IMG/VR virus record: IMGVR_UViG_3300005805_000168
Location: 1-41,468 of that record
DNA length: 41,468 bases
Source: a virus
Lineage: Duplodnaviria; Caudoviricetes
Strand: one strand, 5' to 3'
Below are positions 34,823 to 41,468 of this stretch, piece after piece. The notes below the pieces were generated by a model. The model worked only from the letters and a program-made list of their open reading frames with translations, had not been told where the DNA came from and ran no database searches. The position numbers and the translations under genes were made by a program. Positions within the stretch are counted from its first letter, which is position 1; every line of letters begins with the position of its first letter.

Positions 34823-35031
34823 AACCTTCTCCTTTGTGTGTATGTGTTATGTTACTTCTTTTTTTCTTCTTTGTCAACAGGTTTGTTGAACTTTTCGGGA
34901 TAGTTTAACCTTTCCCATTCTTCATTGCTTACTGGCCACCAATTAGTAATATTTAGGATAGCGATTTTTTCGATATTCATAAATGGCTTCCCCCCAGCTA
35001 ACTAATGTTTCATAAAACTTTGTTATATATT

Positions 35032-35226
35032 TCATATGAAATTCCTTTCTTGGTCTCTGTGAAATTGCACGGTTAGTCTTTCAATATCACCTGCGTTTTG
35101 TGGATTATGGCGCATTATGTAATTTTCTAAAGTTCTTCCATAATTTTCTTCAGTAAACATTCCTAATAGTGGGAGAACTATTCCAACCATGACTACAGAT
35201 ATAACAATAAAAAATACTGTTAACAT
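35032..35226 (-). CDS. small membrane-anchored protein
   Basis: start MLTVFFIV at 35226, TM followed by LENYIMRHNPQ. Confidence 0.6.
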   Translation of the reverse strand: MLTVFFIVISVVMVGIVLPLLGMFTEENYGRTLENYIMRHNPQNAGDIERLTVQFHRDQERNFI

Positions 35227-35227
35227 A

Positions 35228-35512
35228 TTAGTGCTTTTTATTAGTTTGAGCAGTCCATGCATCCCACCCTGCACGGAACCAATCAATACTAAATGGGTTG
35301 AAGATTTTTTCTACTTTAGTTTCCATAACTTCACGACCTAATGTAGTCATAACAGTTGTGCCTGTTTTGATAGAAGTGTGAAGAAACTCAGTTTGTGAAT
35401 CTACATACTGTGTCCAGGCTCTTGATAAATCTGGATTTGTGATGTATTTGTTGATGAATTGCTTTTTACCGTTTTGAATAGCGTCAACGGTTAATTCTGG
35501 TAAATTGAACAT
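35228..35512 (-). CDS. helical hypothetical protein
   Basis: start MFNLPEL at 35512 after AAGGA; CATAAATA at 35554..35561. Confidence 0.65.
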   Translation of the reverse strand: MFNLPELTVDAIQNGKKQFINKYITNPDLSRAWTQYVDSQTEFLHTSIKTGTTVMTTLGREVMETKVEKIFNPFSIDWFRAGWDAWTAQTNKKH

Positions 35513-35580
35513 AATTTTTCCTTTCTGTGTGTAATGTAACTGTGTTACATTGATATTTATGCCTATCAATATGTAGTTAA

Positions 35581-35609
35581 AAAAAGTGGGGTAATTTAAC
35601 CCCACTTTT
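35581..35609. terminator. bidirectional intrinsic terminator
   Basis: AAAAAGTGGGG TAATTTAA CCCCACTTTT. Confidence 0.7.
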
Positions 35610-35886
35610 CATGATATTTTCTTAGTGCTAATTGCCTTGCCAACCAAAGCCTAAATTTTACATAGTCACTAAGATCGTCATCGTCATCTGATTCGGGATA
35701 GTTATTTGGTCTGCGTACAGTTGTATTGACTCGGTAACCACTAAGTATATCCTCATCATCTATCAATAATCCAAAACTATTGCCGTTTACTAGATACGAT
35801 AACCTAGAAGGATTACTTCTTAGGAGCTTCAGCTTTCTTGGAATCTTCGGCTTTTGCGGCAGGCTTGTCGCTTTTCTTGGCGTCAT
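35596..35886 (-). CDS. hypothetical protein (true start uncertain, probably downstream of 35813)
   Basis: C-terminal DDDDDLSDYVKFRLWLARQLALRKY looks coding; N-terminal part overlaps the upstream gene. Confidence 0.4.
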   Translation of the reverse strand: MTPRKATSLPQKPKIPRKLKLLRSNPSRLSYLVNGNSFGLLIDDEDILSGYRVNTTVRRPNNYPESDDDDDLSDYVKFRLWLARQLALRKYHEKWG

Positions 35887-36058
35887 CCTTTTTAGCGGGA
35901 AGTTTCATTTCTTCCTTCTTTGCTGGTGCAGCGGGAGCAGCAGCGGGAGCAGCAGTAGCTGGTTTCGCTTCAGCCTTCTTCTCGTCCTTTTTTGCGGGTT
36001 CCGCTGCAAATGCAGTTGCAAGACCCAATGATGCAATCAATGCTAATACTAGTTTCAT
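35813..36058 (-). CDS. exported low-complexity Ala/Lys/Pro protein with signal peptide
   Basis: MKLVLALIASLGLATAFA|AEPAKK signal peptide; AAGGA SD; GTTAAATA upstream. Confidence 0.75.
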   Translation of the reverse strand: MKLVLALIASLGLATAFAAEPAKKDEKKAEAKPATAAPAAAPAAPAKKEEMKLPAKKDDAKKSDKPAAKAEDSKKAEAPKK

Positions 36059-36160
36059 AGTTTTTCCTTTAAGTTAAACACAGAAATCGCTCTGTGTACT
36101 ATATTTAACGTTTCAACTACGAATTCGTTGACAATTACTTACCCGATTCATAAATACTAG

Positions 36161-36649
36161 ATGTTATACATATCCTATCGAGGCATTTTTGATGGTCAAA
36201 ACTTTCAAGATGCGAATACACCAAATCAAATAGGAAAAGCCTTTAACGCAGGCTTTTCCTGCATGGTAGACGTTTGGCGAGTTGATGATAAGCTATATTT
36301 AGGAACAACGCAACCATTGACTGAAGTGAGTCCTAACTTTTTAAAAGGTAAAAGATTTTGGATCAATGTTCGTAATACGGAGATGCAAACTTGGATACAG
36401 GCCCAATCTTCTACTGATTACCCTAATTACTTTTGGTTCAATGACTCCGAAGAAAACGATCCTGCGACCACAAGCGGTGGCCAAATCATAACACCAGGCA
36501 CTGTTCCTATCAATAATCAGAGTATCGTATTCTTACCTGAAATTCAAGATAGGGCTATGTTTAGCACCGTAAAATTGAGATGTTACGGAGTATGTAGCAA
36601 TTATTTGACCTTCATTAAACGTATGCGTAATGAAGGTGTTTGGTATTAA
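36161..36649 (+). CDS. degenerate glycerophosphodiester phosphodiesterase (GDPD)-like protein
   Basis: ISYRG...DANT...AFNAGFSCMVDVW...LYLG...GVCSNY versus ISHRG...EN...VEIDV...GICSD; CATAAATA at 36149..36156. Confidence 0.6.
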   Translation: MLYISYRGIFDGQNFQDANTPNQIGKAFNAGFSCMVDVWRVDDKLYLGTTQPLTEVSPNFLKGKRFWINVRNTEMQTWIQAQSSTDYPNYFWFNDSEENDPATTSGGQIITPGTVPINNQSIVFLPEIQDRAMFSTVKLRCYGVCSNYLTFIKRMRNEGVWY

Positions 36650-36798
36650 CCGCCTCTACCGCTTCGTCTAACGACGGTTGTACTATTGAATCCTTTGTTT
36701 GGCTTAGACCCTTTAAATCCTTTAGGATCAAACTTAGGCGTAGGATTCTTTTTGGGTTGATTAGTAAAGGGATTATTGCTATTTTTCTTTTCAGTCAT
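36646..36798 (-). CDS. small basic disordered protein (50 aa)
   Basis: Not in ORF track. MTEKKNSNNPFTNQPKK...VVRRSGRGG; ATGA overlap with upstream gene. Confidence 0.55.
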   Translation of the reverse strand: MTEKKNSNNPFTNQPKKNPTPKFDPKGFKGSKPNKGFNSTTVVRRSGRGG

Positions 36799-37199
36799 TT
36801 TCTTATCCTCACAGATTCTAAATATTCTTTTAGATTACCATAAAGTCCTAACATCATGGCAATCTTACTATCGTAAATTCTTATATAAAATGATTTAGAT
36901 TTGTCCTTTTTATTTACACCCAAATAATACGGACATTGAATTTTTTTGCTGAGTTCTAACACAAAGCTATGATAGCTTTGACCGTCTTGCTTAAAGTCAT
37001 AATCATAAAAAGCAATATCAGCTAATTGAAAGGCAGTGACTCCTTCGTCTGTCAACCGTAGTCCATCTTGCCTACCAGTGAACCACCATTTAAACATAAC
37101 GTCCTCAATGGGAAGTTCGTGGTATATTCGATGAGATTTGGGAATCTCAGCCAATATTGCCTCAGTAATTTTTTGTTTTACTGTTTTAAGATTGCTCAT
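36795..37199 (-). CDS. hypothetical protein
   Basis: WWFTGRQDGLRLTDEG...CPYY; start 37199. Confidence 0.7.
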   Translation of the reverse strand: MSNLKTVKQKITEAILAEIPKSHRIYHELPIEDVMFKWWFTGRQDGLRLTDEGVTAFQLADIAFYDYDFKQDGQSYHSFVLELSKKIQCPYYLGVNKKDKSKSFYIRIYDSKIAMMLGLYGNLKEYLESVRIRK

Positions 37200-37485
37200 C
37201 GGGATAAACAATGCTTCCCGAATTCATGAAAACTACAGTAAACTTGTCAGTCTTAAATTGAGTATTCAATTTCCTGCACAGATTTCTTGCATGACCGGGA
37301 TTACTAAAACTGGTTTTTTTGTATTTAGGAGTAGCTTCGTTATCTAGATAATGCGAGGATTTCAAATTGATAGGTTGTCCTTCGTAGAACACTGCCCAAA
37401 TGCCTGAGGCTTCTACAATTTGGTCGCACTTGTATGTCACTTTGTCTACAAGTTCTAGTAAAACTTTGGGCTGTGATCGACTCAT
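37186..37485 (-). CDS. conserved phage hypothetical protein
   Basis: WAVFYEGQPINLK...KYKKTSFSNPGHARNL. Confidence 0.75.
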   Translation of the reverse strand: MSRSQPKVLLELVDKVTYKCDQIVEASGIWAVFYEGQPINLKSSHYLDNEATPKYKKTSFSNPGHARNLCRKLNTQFKTDKFTVVFMNSGSIVYPDEQS

Positions 37486-37688
37486 TTAAAACTTCCACCT
37501 TTAATTTCTAATTTGATGACGGGCTCCTCATCTGTTTTTACTTCTTGGTTTAATTGATATTTATCGGCTAGGAGCTTTGCTAGCTCATCACGAAGACCGC
37601 GCGCCTCAATAATGGGCATAACAAAATCTTTACCTTGTTTACTTTCTACCATAGACACTCTATCAATAAACCTTTTAATGTGTATCAT
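37482..37688 (-). CDS. hypothetical protein
   Basis: 68 aa, ATGA coupling, ends GGSFK. Confidence 0.7.
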   Translation of the reverse strand: MIHIKRFIDRVSMVESKQGKDFVMPIIEARGLRDELAKLLADKYQLNQEVKTDEEPVIKLEIKGGSFK

Positions 37689-38143
37689 AGATTATTTATC
37701 ACATTTTCCGCTTCAGTTTCAGTTTTAAAAGGTCCATGGTAATCGTATCGCTGAATAAAGATGTACTTGGGACAAAATACTGTTTCAAAAGACCCGTTTT
37801 GATTTATTGCAAACCAACCAGCAGCATAATAGCATTTGCTTTTAGTTGTTTTGGTGAACAAATGCAACTTGCGTTTAATGTCAAGTATTGAATTATAGAC
37901 TTTGCTTGTAGTTGGATAATGAGCAAAGGGCAAATCAATTTTCGTGCGGTTAGTTTTGAGCGCCTGAAACTGTATTCTAGTTTTGTTTTTAAGTTCTGCG
38001 GTACTGTCGAAATGCGTGGCTTTACCATTCATAATCAATTGTACGCCTGATCCTTCAGCAACTACATTTCCAACTTTTTGGTTACCATCAGTGATGACCC
38101 AGTATTGATCTTTGATGATCGGTTTAGCTATTAGATTCTTCAT
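37685..38143 (-). CDS. conserved phage hypothetical protein
   Basis: AKPIIKDQYW...SKCYYAAGW...FCPK...GPFKT. Confidence 0.75.
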   Translation of the reverse strand: MKNLIAKPIIKDQYWVITDGNQKVGNVVAEGSGVQLIMNGKATHFDSTAELKNKTRIQFQALKTNRTKIDLPFAHYPTTSKVYNSILDIKRKLHLFTKTTKSKCYYAAGWFAINQNGSFETVFCPKYIFIQRYDYHGPFKTETEAENVINNL

Positions 38144-38417
38144 ATTTCTCCCAACGGTTATTTATATAGTCCCAATGTCGATTATCATAAATCGTAAAAT
38201 GAATTTCGTATCCGAATAAACCTAGTTCTAGATTTAGACCTGCATGGTCTTCTCTAATGGTAAATCCAAATTCAAATCTCAACCAATTATCGTTTCTAAG
38301 AATTTGAATTTCCCAGTATTTGTTTGTAACAAATGTACTACCGTGCCAAGTCTTGATATTCTTGAAAGAATCGTTTTCGGCCCATGGATTTCTTAGATTA
38401 AGATTTAGGTAAATCAT
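38124..38417 (-). CDS. hypothetical protein
   Basis: DHAG...YDNRHWD. Confidence 0.65.
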   Translation of the reverse strand: MIYLNLNLRNPWAENDSFKNIKTWHGSTFVTNKYWEIQILRNDNWLRFEFGFTIREDHAGLNLELGLFGYEIHFTIYDNRHWDYINNRWEKYEESNS

Positions 38418-38601
38418 TTTTCATCTCCATGTACGGTACAATGTTATTGTCGAAAATTTGTGCCATTGTTCTCCATAGTCCCTTACGTTCTATTTCCGTC
38501 ATGCCTGCTACCCATGGCGGATCGTCATTACTACGGGTCAATCCATAGTCATGACGATAGGTATAGCACATTTCGGTTATTATTTCATCTCTTGTTTTCA
38601 T
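38398..38601 (-). CDS. hypothetical protein
   Basis: MCYTYRHDYGL. Confidence 0.65.
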   Translation of the reverse strand: MKTRDEIITEMCYTYRHDYGLTRSNDDPPWVAGMTEIERKGLWRTMAQIFDNNIVPYMEMKNDLPKS

Positions 38602-38849
38602 GTGTATTTTAAAATGTACATTACTGCATCGGCTTCGTGAAGTCTAACAGTATCATGAGCATATTTGTTATGCTCACCGGTATCCCAACGTGATGTTGTT
38701 TTTCTAAACTCTTTCACCTTAATCATTTTGTTATTGAGTTTTGTTACGCGGGCAATCATTAGACTGTTATGGTGTGGCGCCACCACCACATCATTGACCT
38801 TGAGTTGATTGCCGAGTTTATCAAAATGTTCTGGATCAAGTTTTGTCAT
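38598..38849 (-). CDS. hypothetical protein
   Basis: HFDKLGNQLKVNDVV. Confidence 0.65.
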   Translation of the reverse strand: MTKLDPEHFDKLGNQLKVNDVVVAPHHNSLMIARVTKLNNKMIKVKEFRKTTSRWDTGEHNKYAHDTVRLHEADAVMYILKYT

Positions 38850-39303
38850 TTTTGGTTAACTCACACACAAGTAAAAAATGTTCGTAGGCATTTTTAACAC
38901 TAGGGTGTGTCATAAGTTTATCTGCCTCTTTCTCCATAGCCGTTAATCCTGCTTCAACAACATCACGGGCACTAGGCCAATACAAGTACCTTGCACGTTC
39001 TCCGAACACTTTGACAAGATTTTCCCAAGCATCCTTTTGTTCGGGAGTCAATGGATTTTCACTATTTTGTTCTCTACGAATTTCACTAGCTTCTTGAACT
39101 ACCTTAGTCATTGTATCTTGTGCAACACGCCCAGCCGCAATCATAGCTGCATAGTTAGGATCAATGTTGTATTGGGTGGATTTACCACCGGGATAACTCA
39201 TAATAAGATGATTACCTTTAGGTAGTGCATCTAAGAAATTGCTATCATATTCCCTTACGGGGACATAACGACGACCTACCTTTTCGTAAAAAATCTTTTT
39301 CAT
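38836..39303 (-). CDS. hypothetical protein
   Basis: 155-aa ORF, FYEKVGRRYVPV. Confidence 0.7.
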   Translation of the reverse strand: MKKIFYEKVGRRYVPVREYDSNFLDALPKGNHLIMSYPGGKSTQYNIDPNYAAMIAAGRVAQDTMTKVVQEASEIRREQNSENPLTPEQKDAWENLVKVFGERARYLYWPSARDVVEAGLTAMEKEADKLMTHPSVKNAYEHFLLVCELTKNDKT

Positions 39304-39596
39304 GTTTCACCTCTAGTAATAGCTAGGAACAAATGTTTCTTGTGCTTTGGCACCCAGTTCTTACCTTCTTCTCCGCATGGACCTAGACGTAATCTAGCTA
39401 TATGACAGGCATCGTATCTAGTATCAATTCTTTTAGGTCCAGTAACTGGATTGAATTCTATATGAGTTTCTTTTCTTGTTAACCTACATTTGTAAAAAGC
39501 CGCATCGATAAACCTTGCAATTCCTAAATGTAATAAACGTTGTTCAAAGGGAACAAAACTATGTTTACAATCTTTGCATAAAAGTTTTGCATTCAT
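39300..39596 (-). CDS. Cys-rich hypothetical protein
   Basis: LCKDCKH...C...C..AR...CGEEGK.W. Confidence 0.65.
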   Translation of the reverse strand: MNAKLLCKDCKHSFVPFEQRLLHLGIARFIDAAFYKCRLTRKETHIEFNPVTGPKRIDTRYDACHIARLRLGPCGEEGKNWVPKHKKHLFLAITRGET

Positions 39597-39826
39597 TTGC
39601 TAAATTCTTCCCAAAACAATTCGTTATCTCTGACATTGGCAATAGGCTTTAACCACCCACGATCAATACAATCTTGAATGAGTTCTTTGTATTCTCTAGG
39701 GCATCTAGTGGTAATTTCGAATCCTGCTCTAGGAGCAGCCACTGTGCCATCAACGATAAGCCACTTAGGATCACCTTGTCTAATTGTACGAATACAGGTT
39801 TGTTTAATTGTGAACTTAATGGTCAT
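39593..39826 (-). CDS. hypothetical protein
   Basis: 77 aa, ATGA coupling. Confidence 0.65.
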   Translation of the reverse strand: MTIKFTIKQTCIRTIRQGDPKWLIVDGTVAAPRAGFEITTRCPREYKELIQDCIDRGWLKPIANVRDNELFWEEFSK

Positions 39827-40824
39827 ACCTTCAACTCTCCAACATACGGATTGTTAAGCCACTTTGCATAAGCTTCAGCCTGCTCACTGATTTTATTCAG
39901 TTCGTACTTACCACAGAATCGCATAAAGTGAATGCCGACCTGAGGTGTAGTACTAATACGCACACCTGCACGAATAGCATAGTCAACCTTGTCCTTGACA
40001 TCCTGAGGTTGTGCAGTCAAGTCGATAAGTGTACGATTACGTTCATAGCAATCACGCACACGTTGCTCTACACCCTCATGATCTAGCCAACGCTGTAGCA
40101 TCATATTGTTCCAGTTGAATCCTTGTTTGTTACGATCAGCATAAGCCTCAACTAGACCAACTTTGTTTTTGCTACCCTTCTCACGCACACCGGGATATGC
40201 ACTGAATACATTGTCAGTAGCATCCCCACGCATACATTTCTTAAAGAGTAGATATTGCGGGTCCTCAAGTAACTTGTGTTCTTTAGTCTTTTTATCTAGT
40301 ACAGGCTTTCCGTTGTCCTTGAAGTACCCTTTGAGGGTGATAAGTTCATTGCTGACGCCATTGTATTGGAACACGTTTTCACTGATAAGCTGAACGTAAT
40401 CAGTATCAGAACTAATAATGTAATGCGAGTCATTGGGGTGTAGTGCAACAAACCTTGCAATTAGATCGTCTGCCTCAGCGTTGGGTTCACGCAATACAGA
40501 CACGTTGGTTTTCTCACGCAGAAATGTAGTAAACATTTCATACGTTTCCCAGAACATTTTGTTTTCTTCGATTTCGGCATCAGTCATAGCCGATTCATCA
40601 AGCTTACGATTAGCTTTGTAAGGCTTGTAGAACTCCTTGCGCCAGCTACGACCCTCAAGACAAAAAACAACATGGTCAATTTTGTGATTGCGAACCACTT
40701 GATTGACCGATGCAAGAGTAAGATGAAGTGCCATACCAATCTTTTCCCATGTGTCAGTGTTACGGCTAGCAACGTGACGGGCACGAAAGAAAGTGTTGGC
40801 AGTGTCAATGAGTGCGTAATTCAT
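39823..40824 (-). CDS. rnh: T4 RNase H-like 5'-3' exonuclease (FEN/PIN fold)
   Basis: LIDTAN, SWRKEFYKPYKANR, EADDLIA, ISSDTDYVQL, RGDATDNV, RNRTLIDL. Confidence 0.9.
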   Translation of the reverse strand: MNYALIDTANTFFRARHVASRNTDTWEKIGMALHLTLASVNQVVRNHKIDHVVFCLEGRSWRKEFYKPYKANRKLDESAMTDAEIEENKMFWETYEMFTTFLREKTNVSVLREPNAEADDLIARFVALHPNDSHYIISSDTDYVQLISENVFQYNGVSNELITLKGYFKDNGKPVLDKKTKEHKLLEDPQYLLFKKCMRGDATDNVFSAYPGVREKGSKNKVGLVEAYADRNKQGFNWNNMMLQRWLDHEGVEQRVRDCYERNRTLIDLTAQPQDVKDKVDYAIRAGVRISTTPQVGIHFMRFCGKYELNKISEQAEAYAKWLNNPYVGELKV

Positions 40825-40859
40825 GTGCGGGATAGTATATAGTTAGACAGATAGTGCAA

Positions 40860-40888
40860 AGTATACTACTATTTAGAATACCTGTCAA
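40860..40888 (-). promoter_or_regulatory. sigma70 promoter of the rnh operon
   Basis: TTGACA-17 bp-TATACT, with CTAAATA inside the spacer. Confidence 0.7.
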
Positions 40889-40918
40889 GAGGTTGGAAAG
40901 AAAATTTACCCAAAAAAC

Positions 40919-41368
40919 TTAGCTTACTTCCGTTCTACCATTACCAATGTCTCTACTGCGGATTACCCGTACATCATCCCGTTTTTCGGGATCGGCTTGT
41001 TCCTGTTCATAGACTTCTAATGCAACATTCCGACAAACCGTTTGAAACCATCGGTCAACTATAACGTTTTCGGCTTCTCCAGGCTTTATTGAATACCCTG
41101 CACGTACAAGATTAGCTACAAACTTCTCATTCCAGTCTAATTCAAAAGCCCCATTGTTAACATCATTAGGATCTATCTCCATACGTACAATATGTACATA
41201 TGGTTCTCCCTTTTGTGTTGCGATTTCTTTTGGTGACAGTTGTTCATGTTGATTAACTTTGGGCTGTCGTGGTTTTTTTGGTTTTTTAGGTTTTTCTTCC
41301 TTAACAGGTTCAGGAGGCGCCTGTACCTCCACCTGTTTTTTGCCAAATAACTTATCAAATATTCCCAT
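40919..41368 (-). CDS. conserved phage hypothetical protein
   Basis: KEIATQKGEPYV...GAFELDWN...IVDRWFQTVCRN. Confidence 0.75.
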   Translation of the reverse strand: MGIFDKLFGKKQVEVQAPPEPVKEEKPKKPKKPRQPKVNQHEQLSPKEIATQKGEPYVHIVRMEIDPNDVNNGAFELDWNEKFVANLVRAGYSIKPGEAENVIVDRWFQTVCRNVALEVYEQEQADPEKRDDVRVIRSRDIGNGRTEVS

Positions 41369-41468
41369 TTACATATTCCTCATATAGTTTGAAGCTAGCA
41401 AGGTTCTTAGCCTTGCTTTCGCACATAATATCAGCCCATTCATTGTGCGACATAGCCCAGTCATTGAC
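41355..41468 (-). CDS. 3' end of a UV-damage endonuclease (UvsE/UVDE-like), 5' part outside the window
   Basis: Not in ORF track. ...VNDWAMSHNEWADIMCESKAKNLASFKLY...; DIMxExKxKNLA matches the UVDE C-terminal motif. Confidence 0.65.
   Translation of the reverse strand, partial: VNDWAMSHNEWADIMCESKAKNLASFKLYEEYVNGNI

Noticed and set aside
35928-35954. Tandem GCAGCGGGAGCA repeat
   Set aside because: It encodes the AAPA low-complexity repeats of the 35813..36058 protein.
1-41468. CRISPR array, tRNA, rRNA, transposase or integrase
   Set aside because: I saw no regularly spaced direct repeats, cloverleaf/T-loop signatures in intergenic gaps, or recombinase motifs. Reading was by eye; tRNAscan-SE and a CRISPR finder would confirm.

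Overview
41.5-kb segment of a large T4-like (myovirus-type) dsDNA phage genome, probably infecting a proteobacterium (inferred from FdxA, ClpXP/ClpS, IbpA-type Hsp20 and PsiE). It is gene-dense, almost all genes are on the minus strand, and it uses the standard genetic code. It holds no capsid or tail module. It carries: (i) T4-like core genes rIIA, rIIB, ATP-dependent DNA ligase and RNase H, plus a truncated UV-damage endonuclease; (ii) an NAD+ salvage/ADP-ribose locus (NadM-Nudix, macrodomain, NAMPT); (iii) translation-related genes (GGQ release-factor domain, bL12-like domain, bS21, SpoT-type HD hydrolase); (iv) a proteostasis cluster (ClpX, ClpP, ClpS, Hsp20); (v) many small hypothetical genes behind near-consensus sigma70 promoters, nine of which share an extended TTGACAATAA(A/T)T motif, plus T4-late-like TAAATA promoters. 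The most striking unannotated signal is a two-hairpin leader RNA found in front of both NAD salvage genes. Its loops (AUAGA and the Shine-Dalgarno GGAGU) are identical, its stems differ but stay paired, and a pseudoknot next to the ribosome-binding site is possible. This makes it a candidate phage-encoded NAD-sensing riboswitch or translational operator. All family calls come from motif recognition by eye; no searches were run.
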